A stretch of 64,000 nt of DNA, from IMG/VR virus record IMGVR_UViG_646564533_000005; one strand, given 5' to 3'. The notes under the pieces are model-generated. The model saw only the letters and a list, made by a program, of their open reading frames with translations. It searched no databases and had not been told where the DNA came from. Below, one piece after another: positions 1 through 11,904 of this stretch. The position numbers were made by a program, and so were the translations under genes. The DNA is from a virus. Lineage: Duplodnaviria > Heunggongvirae > Uroviricota > Caudoviricetes. Position 1 is the stretch's first letter; each line of letters begins with the position of its first letter.

Positions 1-1
1 T

Positions 2-901
2 TATGAAGCGCGCCCGAACGTGACGGTTGATGTCGCTTCGCTGTGCCTGAAAACCGGTAACGCGGTGATCCTGCGTGGTGGCAAAGAAACCTGTCGCACT
101 AACGCGGCAACGGTGGTGGTGATTCAGGACGCCCTGAAATCCTGTGGCTTACCGGCGGGTGCCGTGCAGGCGATTGATAATCCTGACCGTGCGCTGGTCA
201 GTGAAATGCTGCGTATGGATAAATACATCGACATGCTGATCCCGCGCGGCGGGGCTGGTTTGCATAAACTGTGCCGCGAGCAGTCGACGATCCCGGTGAT
301 CACAGGTGGTATAGGCGTATGCCATATTTATGTTGATGAAAGTGCAGAGATTGCTGAAGCCCTGAAAGTAATCGTCAATGCGAAAACTCAGCGTCCGAGC
401 ACATGTAATACGGTAGAAACGTTGCTGGTGAATAAAAACATCGCCTATAGCTTCCTGCCCGCATTAAGCAAACAAATGGCGGAAAGCGGCGTGACGTTAC
501 ACGCAGATGCATCTGCGCTGGCGCAGTTGCAGACAGGCCCTGCGAAGGTGGTGGCGGTTAAAGCCGAAGAGTATGACGATGAGTTTCTGTCATTAGATTT
601 GAACGTCAAAATCGTCAGCGATCTTGACGATGCCATCGCCCATATTCGTGAACACGGCACGCAACACTCCGATGCGATCCTGACCCGCGATATGCGCAAC
701 GCCCAGCGTTTTATTAACGAAGTGGATTCGTCCGCTGTTTACGTTAACGCCTCTACGCGTTTTACCGACGGCGGCCAGTTTGGACTGGGTGCGGAAGTGG
801 CGGTAAGCACACAAAAACTCCACGCGCGTGGCCCAATGGGGCTGGAAGCACTGACCACTTACAAGTGGATCGGCATTGGTGATTACACCATTCGTGCGTA
901 A
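2..901 (+). CDS. proA: gamma-glutamyl phosphate reductase, C-terminal part (5' end lies outside the window)
   Basis: ORF track 20..901 is open to the window edge; translation matches ProA as I recall it (aldehyde dehydrogenase-type catalytic Cys region ...GGIGVCHIY...); lies directly upstream of thrW as in E. coli. Confidence 0.9.
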   Translation, partial: YEARPNVTVDVASLCLKTGNAVILRGGKETCRTNAATVVVIQDALKSCGLPAGAVQAIDNPDRALVSEMLRMDKYIDMLIPRGGAGLHKLCREQSTIPVITGGIGVCHIYVDESAEIAEALKVIVNAKTQRPSTCNTVETLLVNKNIAYSFLPALSKQMAESGVTLHADASALAQLQTGPAKVVAVKAEEYDDEFLSLDLNVKIVSDLDDAIAHIREHGTQHSDAILTRDMRNAQRFINEVDSSAVYVNASTRFTDGGQFGLGAEVAVSTQKLHARGPMGLEALTTYKWIGIGDYTIRA

Positions 902-1015
902 ATAAAACCGGGTGATGCAAAAGTAGCCGTTTGATTCACAAGGCCATTGACGCATCGCCCGGTTAGTTTTAACCTTGTCCACCGTGATTCACGTTCGTGA
1001 ACATGTCCTTTCAGG

Positions 1016-1091
1016 GCCGATATAGCTCAGTTGGTAGAGCAGCGCATTCGTAATGCGAAGGTCGTAGGTTCGACTCCTATTATCGGCACCA
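1016..1091 (+). tRNA. thrW: tRNA-Thr (anticodon CGU), intact; integration target
   Basis: 76-nt cloverleaf read directly: acceptor GCCGATA, D-arm TAGCTCAGTTGGTAGAGC, anticodon loop TTCGTAA, T-arm GGTTCGACTCC, 3' CCA. Confidence 0.9.
1046..1091. repeat. att core, copy 1 (3' 46 bp of thrW), left prophage junction
   Basis: identical 46-bp sequence attcgtaatgcgaaggtcgtaggttcgactcctattatcggcacca recurs at 50059-50104. Confidence 0.85.
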
Positions 1092-1105
1092 CTTAAATCA
1101 ATAAG

Positions 1106-2266
1106 TTACCTCGCATTTAAGTAAACCACGTTCTCCTCTTGTGCCGTATTTGTGCCATTGCGACTTATAATCGCATCGATTTTGCTCGCGTGCTCGGTGA
1201 GATGCCCGGCTGAAAGGTGGGCGTATCTTTGAACCATTTCGAGAGTTTCCCATCCTCCCATCTCTTTAAGTGCAAGAAGAGAGACACCGGACTGAACCAG
1301 CCAGCTTGCCCAGGTATGCCTCAGGTCATGGAAGCGGAAGTTGCTAATGCCTGCCCGCTTTAACGCTCCTTTCCATGCCTTGTTGCTGTCGGTTCTCATC
1401 TTCCTTACCGCTGCTGTTTTTGTTCCGTCGCTTCGGTAGGCAGGTTTGGTGTGGACAAATACCCATCTCTTATGGAGCCCCTGCTGTTTTCTTAATATCT
1501 GGCATGCGGTTTCGTTAAGAGGAACTCCGATCGCATTGCCAGCTTTTGTTTCATCAGGGTGCATCCATGCCATTTTCTTATCCAGATCGACCTGTGACCA
1601 CTCAAGGTCTGTAACGTTGGAGCGGCGAAGACCTGTAGTGATTGCGAACATGACCACAGGGAAGAAATGAGGAGCAATTTCTGCAAACAGGCGCTTCGAT
1701 TCCTCCTCTGTAAGCCATCTGATTCGTCCATTCTTAACGCGTGGTGTTGATATTTTTGGCGCCCTGTCAAGCCATCCACATTCAACAGCCATATTGAGAA
1801 TAGCGCGAAGTATTGCCAGATGCCGCGTCTTCGTTCCTTTGCTTGCCAGCTTTGGTTTATACTCCGGCACTGGCTTGCCAAGCCGCAAACACCTGTCCCG
1901 GCTCATCTCCCAGTTCAGGCGATGGCGGCGGTTTTCCATCCCGTCTACCGCCTCCATTATTTTTTCTGTTGTTATGTCAGAGAGAATGGTTTCTCTGAAG
2001 TGCAACATCCAGAACGATATAATGCTCTTGTCATCATCAATGGACTTCTTATCCGATTTCTCACGCAGCCACCGTATGCAGGCTTCCTTGAATAGCTTTT
2101 TCGGCGATTCCCCGAGATTTTTTACTCTCCACGCCTCTGCTTTCAGACGATCGTGAAGTTCTTGCGCTTGCCTTTTGTCCGATGTTTCAAGAGAGCGTCT
2201 AACTCTTGATCCATCTTGCGCGACGAAATCGCAGTGCCATGTGCCACCGCGCAGTTTGATTGACAT
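1106..2266 (-). CDS. int: tyrosine integrase, P22-like (thrW-specific)
   Basis: 386-aa ORF adjacent to att; C-terminal HDLRHTWAS...MVQRYAHL catalytic motifs; N-terminus resembles P22 Int. Confidence 0.9.
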   Translation of the reverse strand: MSIKLRGGTWHCDFVAQDGSRVRRSLETSDKRQAQELHDRLKAEAWRVKNLGESPKKLFKEACIRWLREKSDKKSIDDDKSIISFWMLHFRETILSDITTEKIMEAVDGMENRRHRLNWEMSRDRCLRLGKPVPEYKPKLASKGTKTRHLAILRAILNMAVECGWLDRAPKISTPRVKNGRIRWLTEEESKRLFAEIAPHFFPVVMFAITTGLRRSNVTDLEWSQVDLDKKMAWMHPDETKAGNAIGVPLNETACQILRKQQGLHKRWVFVHTKPAYRSDGTKTAAVRKMRTDSNKAWKGALKRAGISNFRFHDLRHTWASWLVQSGVSLLALKEMGGWETLEMVQRYAHLSAGHLTEHASKIDAIISRNGTNTAQEENVVYLNAR

Positions 2267-2562
2267 GCTTTAACCTCCTGCACATCAACCGCATTCACCG
2301 CGCTATTGTGTCTCACAGACTTAAGCGCCGCAATGCAGTCTGACTTGCAAATGCGATATGGGCTTTTAGGTTTATCTGGATTTATCTTTGCGGCCTGAAG
2401 TCGTCCACTTCGTATCCACTGCGTGATAGTGCCTTTGTCTACCTTCAGATACGACGCAGCCTCTTCACGAGTGAAGATTTCTTCTTCCACTTGGAGTCTC
2501 CATTTATTGGATTGACATGATTGCTGTAGGTCTGGATATCTTGAGAAGCTGGCAGGCCTCAT
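2143..2562 (-). CDS. xis: excisionase-like DNA-binding protein (start uncertain, overlaps int 5' end)
   Basis: position immediately upstream of int; helix-turn-helix-like segment EEAASYLKVDKGTITQWIRSGRL. Confidence 0.5.
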   Translation of the reverse strand: MRPASFSRYPDLQQSCQSNKWRLQVEEEIFTREEAASYLKVDKGTITQWIRSGRLQAAKINPDKPKSPYRICKSDCIAALKSVRHNSAVNAVDVQEVKACQSNCAVAHGTAISSRKMDQELDALLKHRTKGKRKNFTIV

Positions 2563-2579
2563 CGAGTGTGAGGCTGTGG

Positions 2580-2924
2580 TTAGTCCTTGCGTAACTCGCT
2601 AATTCTTCTGTAAGTCTCTGGTGCTTTGTTTCCGTGTATCTTCATTTCAGACTTCAACAGAGCAACGAGAGAATCCCATTCGTTGAGGATTCCTTTGAAT
2701 GCCGGAACGCGCTTTGCAACCTTGTCGAATGAATCTCTGATTTCTGGAATCTGCTCAACAAGTGCAACGCATCGTCTGAAATCGGCTGCGTCATGTGGAG
2801 CACCGAAGCTATGACCATAGATATTCTTTTTCAGGCCACATGCGATTGAGGCAAGAGTTGCGCTACTGATGCCGACATCGCCAGTCGATTGCCATTTCAA
2901 AACCTTCATAGCCAAATCTGACAT
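2580..2924 (-). CDS. hypothetical prophage early-region protein
   Basis: 114-aa ORF co-oriented with the early leftward operon. Confidence 0.45.
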   Translation of the reverse strand: MSDLAMKVLKWQSTGDVGISSATLASIACGLKKNIYGHSFGAPHDAADFRRCVALVEQIPEIRDSFDKVAKRVPAFKGILNEWDSLVALLKSEMKIHGNKAPETYRRISELRKD

Positions 2925-3024
2925 TTCTTGTCTCCATAAAACAAAACCCGCCGTAGCGAGTTCAGATAAAAGAAATCCCCGCGAGTGCGAGGATTGTTAT
3001 TCACCTTTGACGGCAAGTTGCAGG

Positions 3025-3789
3025 TTAGCCACGGTTAACTCCTTGCTGTGTGGCGTCGAGTAATAAATCCCACAACCGCTGAGAGCAATTTCCGCATGTA
3101 CAGCGTTGACCCACAACGTTTATCGCGTTGCTGATTTCCGGCGTTACCTGTTTAGGAACCATAACCCAACCATCCGGAGTTACCGGAAGCGAGAACGGCA
3201 GCACATCTCTGTGAACAAGTTTTTGCTGTGACAGGTTATCCAGAACTTTCTGTACTGCTGCATCACCGAATACACCAAGCGCATCTGCCATAACTCCTAC
3301 AACCTGATAAGCCTCAGCGCATACCGTGGATAAACCATCCGGAGTTACCGGAGAGTTGCCGGGTTCTTTAATGTGCAAGCGAGGCTCACCATCTTTTGGC
3401 TCAGGCCACTGGCGCTCCATGTTGATCTTCAATTTATCTTCCATAGCAGCGGTAATTTCAGCATCGCTGATGCCGGCACGGCGCTGTGCATCCCACAACA
3501 GAAACTGCATATCAGCCCACTCGCTAAGATCGTCTGGTTCGGCTGCGGCTTCCAGAGCCTCTTTTGAGAGGTGTTTCAGTGGACCAATGGGGCCAACGCA
3601 GCCAAATGTGGAGTCAGACCATTTGGCATGCTCGTGGCGAATCTGTTCGCGTTCCAGTGAGGCGAGAGCGATTTTAAATGCTGTAAGCATGTGTGCTTGA
3701 TCGTTGTCGAGTCCGAATGGCATTTCATCTCGTGCTGACTCAATACTGGTAATCGTATTTTGTAGCCATTCTTTGGTAAAAGTGCTCAT
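3025..3789 (-). CDS. hypothetical prophage protein (possibly DUF550/DUF551-type)
   Basis: 254-aa ORF in the leftward operon; family assignment from memory only. Confidence 0.45.
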   Translation of the reverse strand: MSTFTKEWLQNTITSIESARDEMPFGLDNDQAHMLTAFKIALASLEREQIRHEHAKWSDSTFGCVGPIGPLKHLSKEALEAAAEPDDLSEWADMQFLLWDAQRRAGISDAEITAAMEDKLKINMERQWPEPKDGEPRLHIKEPGNSPVTPDGLSTVCAEAYQVVGVMADALGVFGDAAVQKVLDNLSQQKLVHRDVLPFSLPVTPDGWVMVPKQVTPEISNAINVVGQRCTCGNCSQRLWDLLLDATQQGVNRG

Positions 3790-4292
3790 CGTAAAATATC
3801 CTCTATACTGGTAAGTCCTTCATTATTTAGCCAGATCATGGCGTCATCCGGCAACTTGCTGTCTGGTTTGGCGTTTTTGAGAGAGGAACTCAGTCGCTTA
3901 ATCCACATTGTCACCTCAGTAATGCGCCTGTCTTTGCCTTCCAGCTCAACACGCAGCTTCCCTACCGTTAGCGCAATTTCCTCGCTCTCTTGGTCGCGTG
4001 ATTTGATGTATTGCTGGTTTCTTTCCCGTTCATCCAGCAGTGCCAAGACGGTAGCAGGATTGGCTGCGGCGATGAATTCAGCATTGGCCTGCTGTTCCAT
4101 TTGGAAATCTTCATCGAAACCGCTTTCTGGATGCGCTCCTTCAATTCTGCAAATAGGAATATATCCAGCAACTTCACGATGAATTAGCGCATCATCACCA
4201 TCAAATCGGCTCTCTCCATATTCGAGCGACCGCTCACCACACGTTGCTTTTTCTGCCGCCTCACGCAGTGCCTGAGAGTTAATTTCGCTCAC
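3786..4292 (-). CDS. Ead/Ea22-like prophage protein (tentative)
   Basis: 168-aa ORF with acidic N-terminus and coiled-coil C-terminus; 4-nt overlap with the downstream gene. Confidence 0.45.
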   Translation of the reverse strand: MSEINSQALREAAEKATCGERSLEYGESRFDGDDALIHREVAGYIPICRIEGAHPESGFDEDFQMEQQANAEFIAAANPATVLALLDERERNQQYIKSRDQESEEIALTVGKLRVELEGKDRRITEVTMWIKRLSSSLKNAKPDSKLPDDAMIWLNNEGLTSIEDILR

Positions 4293-4510
4293 TTCGAACC
4301 TCTCTGTTTACTGATAAGCTCCAGATCCTTCTGGCAACTTGCACAAGTCCGACAACCCTGAACGGCCAGACGTCTTAGTTCATCTATCGGATCGCCACAC
4401 TCACAACAATGAGTGGCAGATATAGCCTGGTGGTTCAGGCGGTGCATTTTTATTGCTGTGTTGCGCTGTAATTCTTCAATTTCTGATGCTGAATCAATGA
4501 TGTCTGCCAT
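4289..4510 (-). CDS. TraR/DksA-family C4 zinc-finger protein
   Basis: 73 aa with CxxC...CxxC (CCECGDPI...CRTCASC). Confidence 0.7.
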   Translation of the reverse strand: MADIIDSASEIEELQRNTAIKMHRLNHQAISATHCCECGDPIDELRRLAVQGCRTCASCQKDLELISKQRGSK

Positions 4511-4608
4511 CTTCCATTAATCCCTGAATTGTTGGTTAATACGCTTGAGAGTGAATGCGAATAATAAAAAAGGAGCCTGTAGCTCCCTGATGATTTTGCT
4601 TTTCATGT

Positions 4609-4890
4609 TCACCGTTCCTTAAAGACGCCGTTTAACATACCGATTGCCAGACTTAAGTGAGTCGGTGTGAATCCCATCAGCGTTACCGTTTCGCGGTGCT
4701 TCTTCAGTACGCTACGGCAAATGTCATCGACGTTTTTATCCGGAAACTGCTGTCTGGCTTTTTTGATTTCAGAATTAGCCTGACGGGCAATACTGCGAAG
4801 GGCGTTTTCTTGCTGAGGTGTCATTGAACAAGTCCCATGTCGGCAAGCATAAGCACACAGAATATGAAGCCCGCTGCCAGAAAAATGCAT
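4609..4890 (-). CDS. hypothetical small prophage protein (true start probably internal)
   Basis: ORF track only. Confidence 0.35.
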   Translation of the reverse strand: MHFSGSGLHILCAYACRHGTCSMTPQQENALRSIARQANSEIKKARQQFPDKNVDDICRSVLKKHRETVTLMGFTPTHLSLAIGMLNGVFKER

Positions 4891-4900
4891 TCAGTGGTTG

Positions 4901-5092
4901 TCATACCAGGTCTCTCTCATCTGCTTCTGCTTTCGCCACCATCATTTCCAGCTTTTGCGAAAGGGATGTGGCTAACGTATGAAATTCTTCGTCTGTTTCT
5001 ACTGGTATTGGCACAAACCTGACTCCAATTTGAGCAAGGCTATGTGCCATCTCAATACTCGTTCTTAACTCAACAGGAGATGCTTTGTGCAT
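4901..5092 (-). CDS. hypothetical small prophage protein
   Basis: ORF track only. Confidence 0.35.
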   Translation of the reverse strand: MHKASPVELRTSIEMAHSLAQIGVRFVPIPVETDEEFHTLATSLSQKLEMMVAKAEADERDLV

Positions 5093-5243
5093 ATCGCCTC
5101 CCGTTTATTATTTATCTCCTCAGCCAGCCGCTGGGCTTTCAGCGGATTTCGGATAACAGAAAGGCCGGGAAATACCCAGCCTCGCTTCGTAACGGAGTAG
5201 ACGAAAGTGATCGTGCCTACGCGGATATTATCGTGAGGATGCG

Positions 5244-5924
5244 TCATCGCCATTGCTCCCCAAATACAAAACCAATTTCAGCCAGTGCCTCGTCCATTTT
5301 TTCGATGAACTCCGGCACCATCTCGTCAAAACCCGCCATGTACTTTTCATCCCGCTCAACCACGACATAATGCAGGCCTTCACGCTTCATACGCGGGTCA
5401 TAGTTGGCAAAGTACCAGGCATCTTTTCGCGTCACCCACATGCTGTACTGCACCTGGGCCATGTAAGCCGACTTTATGGCCTCGAAACCACCGAGCCTGA
5501 ACTTCATGAAATCCCGGGAGGTAAACGGGCATTTCAGCTCAAGGCCGTTGCCGTCACTGCATAAACCATCGGGAGAGCAGGCGGTGCGCATACTTTCGTC
5601 GCGATAGATGATCGGGGATTCAGTAACATTCACGCCGGAAGTGAATTCAAACAGGGTTCTGGCGTCGTTCTCGTACTGTTTTCCCCAGGCCAGCGCCTTA
5701 GCATTAACTTCCGGAGCCACACCGGTGCAAACCTCAGCCAGCAGGGTGTGGAAGTAGGACATTTTCATGTCAGGCCACTTCTTTCCTGAGCGGGGCTTTG
5801 CTATCACGTTGTGAACTTCTGAAGCGGTGATGACGCCGAGCCGTAATTTGTGCCATGCATCATCCCCCTGTTCGACAGCTCTCACGTCGATCCCGGTACG
5901 CTGCAGGATAATGTCCGGTGTCAT
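5244..5924 (-). CDS. exo: lambda-type 5'-3' exonuclease (Red alpha)
   Basis: 226-aa translation matches lambda Exo as recalled; 4-nt overlap with bet. Confidence 0.95.
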   Translation of the reverse strand: MTPDIILQRTGIDVRAVEQGDDAWHKLRLGVITASEVHNVIAKPRSGKKWPDMKMSYFHTLLAEVCTGVAPEVNAKALAWGKQYENDARTLFEFTSGVNVTESPIIYRDESMRTACSPDGLCSDGNGLELKCPFTSRDFMKFRLGGFEAIKSAYMAQVQYSMWVTRKDAWYFANYDPRMKREGLHYVVVERDEKYMAGFDEMVPEFIEKMDEALAEIGFVFGEQWR

Positions 5925-6706
5925 GCTGCCACCTTCTGCTCAGTGGCTTTCTGTTTCAGGAATCCAAGAGCTTTCACTGCTTCGGCCTGTGTCAGTTCTG
6001 ACGATGCGCGAATGTCGCGGCGAAATATCTGGGAACAGAGCGGCAATAAGTCGTCATCCCATGTTTTATCCAGGGCGATTAGCAGAGTGTTAATCTCCTG
6101 CATGGTTTCATCGTTAACCGGAGTGATGTCGCGTTCCGGCTGGCGTTCTGCAGTGTATGCAGTATTTTCGACAATGCGCTCGGCTTCATCCTTGTCATAG
6201 ATACCAGCAAATCCGAAGGCCAGACGGGCACACTGAATCATAGCTTTATGCCGTAACATCCGTTTAGGATGCGACTGCCACGGCCCCGTGATTTCTCTGC
6301 CTTCGCGGGTTTTGAATGGTTCGCGGCGGCATTCATCCATCCATTCGGTAACGCAGATCGGATGATTACGGTCCTTGCGGTAAATCCGGCATGTACAGGA
6401 TTCATTGTCCTGCTCAAAGTCCATGCCATCAAACTGCTGGTTTTCATTGATGATGCGGGACCAGCCATCAACGCCCACCACCGGAACGATGCCGTTCTGC
6501 TTATCAGGGAAGGCGTAAATTTCTTTCGTCCACGGATTAAGGCCGTACTGGTTGGCGACGATCAACAATGTGATGAACTGCGCATCGCTGGCATCGCCTT
6601 TAAATGCCGTCTGGCGAAGAGTGGTGATCAGTTCCTGTGGGTCGACAGAATCCATGCCGACACGTTCAGCCAGCTTCCCTGCCAGCGTTGCGAGTGCTGT
6701 ACTCAT
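5921..6706 (-). CDS. bet: lambda-type single-strand annealing protein (Red beta)
   Basis: 261 aa matching lambda Bet; operon position. Confidence 0.95.
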   Translation of the reverse strand: MSTALATLAGKLAERVGMDSVDPQELITTLRQTAFKGDASDAQFITLLIVANQYGLNPWTKEIYAFPDKQNGIVPVVGVDGWSRIINENQQFDGMDFEQDNESCTCRIYRKDRNHPICVTEWMDECRREPFKTREGREITGPWQSHPKRMLRHKAMIQCARLAFGFAGIYDKDEAERIVENTAYTAERQPERDITPVNDETMQEINTLLIALDKTWDDDLLPLCSQIFRRDIRASSELTQAEAVKALGFLKQKATEQKVAA

Positions 6707-6711
6707 CCGTT

Positions 6712-7008
6712 TTATACCTCTGAATCAATATCAACCTGATGGTGAGCAATGGTTTCAACCATGTACCGGATGTGTTCTGCCATGCGCTCCTGAAACTCAA
6801 CATCGTCATCAAACGCACGGGTAATGGCTTTTTTGCTGGCCCCGTGGCGTTGCAAATGACCGATGCATAGCGATTCAAACAGGTGCTGGGGCAGGCCTTT
6901 TTCCATGTCGTCTGCCAGTTCTGCCTCTTTCTCTTCACGGGCTATCTGCTGGTAGTGACGCGCCCAGCTCTGAGCCTCAAGACGATCCTGAATGTAATAA
7001 GCGTTCAT
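6712..7008 (-). CDS. gam: host nuclease inhibitor Gam (short form)
   Basis: 98 aa [21 protein letters not shown]... matches lambda Gam. Confidence 0.9.
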   Translation of the reverse strand: MNAYYIQDRLEAQSWARHYQQIAREEKEAELADDMEKGLPQHLFESLCIGHLQRHGASKKAITRAFDDDVEFQERMAEHIRYMVETIAHHQVDIDSEV

Positions 7009-7081
7009 GGCCGAACTCCTGAAATAGCTGTGAAAATATCGCCCGCGAAATGCCGGGCTGATTAGGAAAACAGGAAAGGGG

Positions 7082-7225
7082 TTAGTGAATGCTTTTGCTT
7101 GATCTCAGTTTCAGTATTAATATCCATTTTTTATAAGCGTCGACGGCTTCACGAAACATCTTTTCATCGCCAATAAAAGTGGCGATAGTGAATTTAGTCT
7201 GGATAGCCATAAGTGTTTGATCCAT
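7082..7225 (-). CDS. kil: Kil (host cell-division inhibitor), 47 aa
   Basis: internal Met of ORF 7082..7351 gives [24 protein letters not shown]..., matching lambda Kil. Confidence 0.8.
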   Translation of the reverse strand: MDQTLMAIQTKFTIATFIGDEKMFREAVDAYKKWILILKLRSSKSIH

Positions 7226-7358
7226 TCTTTGGGACTCCTGGCTGATTAAGTATGTCGATAAGGCGTTTCCATCCGTCACGTAATTTACGGGTGATTCGTT
7301 CAAGTAAAGATTCGGAAGGGCAGCCAGCAACAGGCCACCCTGCAATGGCATATTGCAT
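7194..7358 (-). CDS. cIII: CIII (FtsH inhibitor), 54 aa
   Basis: internal Met of ORF 7194..7460 gives MQYAIAGWPVAGCPSESLLERITRKLRDGW..., matching lambda CIII; overlaps kil as in lambda. Confidence 0.85.
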   Translation of the reverse strand: MQYAIAGWPVAGCPSESLLERITRKLRDGWKRLIDILNQPGVPKNGSNTYGYPD

Positions 7359-7581
7359 GGTGTGCTCCTTATTTATACATAACGAAAAACGCCTCGAGTG
7401 AATCGTTATTGGTATGCATATAAAAAAGCCCTCACATTGGAGGGCAAAGAAGATTTCCAATAATCAGAACAAGTCGGCTCCTGTTTAGTTACGAGCGACA
7501 TTGCTCCGTGTATTCACTCGTTGGAATGAATACACAGTGCAGTGTTTATTCTGTTGTTTATGCCAAAAATAAAGGCCACCA

Positions 7582-7782
7582 TCAGGCAGCCTTGTTTTTC
7601 TGTTTGCCAAGTTCTCTGGCAATCATTGCCGTAGTTCGTATTGCCCATTTATCGACATATTTCCCATCTTCCATTACAGGAAACATTTCTTCAGGCTTAA
7701 CCATGCATTCCGATTGCAGCTTGCATCCATTGCATCGCTTGAATTGTCCACACCATTGATTTTTATCAATAGTCGTAGTCAT
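7582..7782 (-). CDS. ral: Ral restriction-alleviation protein
   Basis: 66 aa MTTTIDKNQWCGQFKRCNGCKLQSECMVKPEEMFPV... matches lambda Ral. Confidence 0.85.
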   Translation of the reverse strand: MTTTIDKNQWCGQFKRCNGCKLQSECMVKPEEMFPVMEDGKYVDKWAIRTTAMIARELGKQKNKAA

Positions 7783-7976
7783 ACGGATAGTCCTGGTATT
7801 GTTCCATCACATCCTGAGGATGCTCTTCGAACTCTTCAAATTCTTCTTCCATATATCACCTTAAATAGTGGATTGCGGTAGTAAAGATTGTGCCTGTCTT
7901 TTAACCACATCAGGCTCGGTGGTTCTCGTGTACCCCTACAGCGAGAAATCGGATAAACTATTACAACCCCTACAGT

Positions 7977-8531
7977 TTGATGAGTATAGAAATGGATCCA
8001 CTCGTTATTCTCGGACGAGTGTTCAGTAATGAACCTCTGGAGAGAACCATGTATATGATCGTTATCTGGGTTGGACTTCTGCTTTTAAGCCCAGATAACT
8101 GGCCTGAATATGTTAATGAGAGAATCGGTATTCCTCATGTGTGGCATGTTTTCGTCTTTGCTCTTGCATTTTCGCTAGCAATTAATGTGCATCGATTATC
8201 AGCTATTGCCAGCGCCAGATATAAGCGATTTAAGCTAAGAAAACGCATTAAGATGCAAAACGATAAAGTGCGATCAGTAATTCAAAACCTTACAGAAGAG
8301 CAATCTATGGTTTTGTGCGCAGCCCTTAATGAAGGCAGGAAGTATGTGGTTACATCAAAACAATTCCCATACATTAGTGAGTTGATTGAGCTTGGTGTGT
8401 TGAACAAAACTTTTTCCCGATGGAACGGGAAGCATATATTATTCCCTATTGAGGATATTTACTGGACTGAATTAGTTGCCAGCTATGATCCATATAATAT
8501 TGAGATAAAGCCAAGGCCAATATCTAAGTAA
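7977..8531 (+). CDS. sieB: superinfection exclusion protein B
   Basis: opposite-strand membrane protein between ral and N as in lambda; two hydrophobic segments. Confidence 0.8.
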   Translation: MMSIEMDPLVILGRVFSNEPLERTMYMIVIWVGLLLLSPDNWPEYVNERIGIPHVWHVFVFALAFSLAINVHRLSAIASARYKRFKLRKRIKMQNDKVRSVIQNLTEEQSMVLCAALNEGRKYVVTSKQFPYISELIELGVLNKTFSRWNGKHILFPIEDIYWTELVASYDPYNIEIKPRPISK

Positions 8532-8855
8532 CTAGGTAAGAGGAATCGATTTTCCCTTAATTTTCTGGCGTCCACTGCATGTTATGCCGCGTTCGCCAGG
8601 CTTGCTGTACCATGTGCGCTGATTCTTGCGCTCAATACGTTGCAGGTTGCTTTCAATCTGTTTGTGGTATTCAGCCAGCACTGTAAGGTCTATCGGATTT
8701 AGTGCGCTTTCTACTCGTGATTTCGGTTTGCGATTCAGCGAGAGAATAGGGCGGTTAACTGGTTTTGCGCTTACCCCAACCAACAGGGGATTTGCTGCTT
8801 TCCATTGAGCCTGTTTCTCTGCGCGACGTTCGCGGCGGCGTGTTTGTGCATCCAT
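8532..8855 (-). CDS. N: antitermination protein N
   Basis: MDAQTRRRERRAEKQAQWKAAN arginine-rich motif; 107 aa from the internal Met of ORF 8532..8933. Confidence 0.9.
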   Translation of the reverse strand: MDAQTRRRERRAEKQAQWKAANPLLVGVSAKPVNRPILSLNRKPKSRVESALNPIDLTVLAEYHKQIESNLQRIERKNQRTWYSKPGERGITCSGRQKIKGKSIPLT

Positions 8856-9013
8856 CTGGATTCTCCTGTCAGTTAGCTTTGGTGGTGTGTGGCAGTTGTA
8901 GTCCTGAACGAAAACCCCCCGCGATTGGCACATTGGCAGCTAATCCGGAATCGCACTTCCGGCCAATGCTTCGTTTCGTATCACACACCCCAAAGCCTTC
9001 TGCTTTGAATGCT

Positions 9014-9046
9014 GCCCTTCTTCAGGGCTTAATTTTTAAGAGCATC
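9014..9046 (-). promoter_or_regulatory. nutL (boxA-like plus boxB hairpin GCCCTGAAGAAGGGC)
   Basis: reverse complement reads ...GCTCTTAAAAATTAAGCCCTGAAGAAGGGCAGC, the lambda nutL arrangement. Confidence 0.75.
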
Positions 9047-9088
9047 ACCTTCATGGTGGTCAGTGCGTCCTGCTGATGGTTTAAAATT

Positions 9089-9156
9089 ACAAGAAAGATT
9101 GTATGCTGTAAACAAGAAATATTGTAAAAAGAGGTATACAAAACAAACTCCATTGT
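9089..9156. promoter_or_regulatory. OL operators: three 14-bp 434-type sites (ACAAGAAAGATTGT, ACAAGAAATATTGT, ACAAACTCCATTGT) with PL
   Basis: ACAA-N6-TTGT palindromic 14-mers read directly upstream of N. Confidence 0.65.
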
Positions 9157-9206
9157 TTTTAAACGGAAAATAGTTTGTTTTTTGGTTATTGAGATTGAGG
9201 TGGGGA

Positions 9207-10559
<1,353 letters not shown>

Positions 10560-10567
10560 GACATTCC

Positions 10568-10599
10568 CGCTCTTACACATCCCCGCCCTGAAAAAGGGC
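10568..10599 (+). promoter_or_regulatory. nutR (boxA CGCTCTTAC, boxB GCCCTGAAAAAGGGC)
   Basis: read directly downstream of cro. Confidence 0.75.
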
Positions 10600-10678
10600 A
10601 TCCAATTAAACCACACCTATGGTGTATGCATTTATTTGCATACATTCAATCAATTGTTATCTAAGGAAATACTTACAT

Positions 10679-10972
10679 ATGGTTCGTGCAAACAAACGCA
10701 ACGAGGCTCTACGAATCGAGAGTGCGTTGCTTAACAAAATCGCAATGCTTGGAACTGAGAAGACAGCGGAAGCTGTGGGAGTTGATAAGTCGCAGATCAG
10801 CAGGTGGAAGAGGGACTGGATTCCAAAGTTCTCAATGCTGCTTGCTGTTCTTGAATGGGGTGTCGTTGACGACGACATGGCTCGATTGGCACGACAAGTT
10901 GCTGCGATTCTCACCAATAAAAAACGCCCGGCGGCAACCGAGCGTTCTGAACAAATCCAGATGGAGTTCTGA
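10679..10972 (+). CDS. cII: CII transcriptional activator
   Basis: MVRANKRNEALRIESALLNKIAMLGTEKTAEAVGVDKSQISRWKRDWIPK matches lambda CII. Confidence 0.9.
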   Translation: MVRANKRNEALRIESALLNKIAMLGTEKTAEAVGVDKSQISRWKRDWIPKFSMLLAVLEWGVVDDDMARLARQVAAILTNKKRPAATERSEQIQMEF

Positions 10973-11004
10973 GGTCATTACTGGATAAATCTACAGGAGT
11001 CATT

Positions 11005-11904
11005 ATGACAAATACAGCAAAAATACTCAACTTCTGCAGAGGTAACTTTGCCAAACAGGAGCGTAATGTGGCAGATCTCGATGATGGTTACGCCAGACTA
11101 TCAAATATGCTGCTTGAGGCTTATTCGGGCGCAGATCTGACCAAGCGACAGTTTAAAGTGCTGCTTGCCATTCTGCGTAAAACCTATGGGTGGAATAAAC
11201 CAATGGACAGAATCACCGATTCTCAACTTAGCGAGATTACAAAGTTACCCGTCAAACGGTGCAATGAAGCCAAGTTAGAACTCGTCAGAATGAATATTAT
11301 CAAGCAGCAAGGCGGCATGTTTGGACCAAATAAAAACATCTCAGAATGGTGTATCCCTCAAAACGAGGGAAAATCCCCTAAAACGAGGGATAAAACATCC
11401 CTCAAATTGGGGGATTGCTATCCCTCAAAACAGGGGGACACAAAAGACACTATTACAAAAGAAAAAAGAAAAGATTATTCGTCAGAGAATTCTGGCGAAT
11501 CCTCTGACCAGCCAGAAAACGACCTTTCTGTGGTGAAACCGGATGCTGCAATTCAGAGCGGCAGCAAGTGGGGGACAGCAGAAGACCTGACCGCCGCAGA
11601 GTGGATGTTTGACATGGTGAAGACTATCGCACCATCAGCCAGAAAACCGAATTTTGCAGGGTGGGCTAACGATATCCGCCTGATGCGTGAACGTGACGGA
11701 CGTAACCATCGCGACATGTGTGTACTGTTCCGCTGGGCATGCCAGGACAACTTCTGGTCCGGTAACGTGCTTAGCCCGGCCAAACTCCGCGACAAGTGGA
11801 CCCAGCTCGAAATCAACCGTAACAAGCAACAGGCAGTCGTGACAGCCAGCAAACCAAAACTCGACCTGACAAACACAGACTGGATTTACGGGGTGGATCT
11901 ATGA
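11005..11904 (+). CDS. O: replication initiator O
   Basis: 299 aa matching lambda O; contains ori iterons. Confidence 0.95.
   Translation: MTNTAKILNFCRGNFAKQERNVADLDDGYARLSNMLLEAYSGADLTKRQFKVLLAILRKTYGWNKPMDRITDSQLSEITKLPVKRCNEAKLELVRMNIIKQQGGMFGPNKNISEWCIPQNEGKSPKTRDKTSLKLGDCYPSKQGDTKDTITKEKRKDYSSENSGESSDQPENDLSVVKPDAAIQSGSKWGTAEDLTAAEWMFDMVKTIAPSARKPNFAGWANDIRLMRERDGRNHRDMCVLFRWACQDNFWSGNVLSPAKLRDKWTQLEINRNKQQAVVTASKPKLDLTNTDWIYGVDL
11353..11480. repeat. ori-lambda: four iterons (TCCCTCAAAACGAGGGA-like) plus adjacent A-rich region, inside O
   Basis: four tandem about 18-bp inverted-repeat iterons followed by caaaagacactattacaaaagaaaaaagaaaag. Confidence 0.8.
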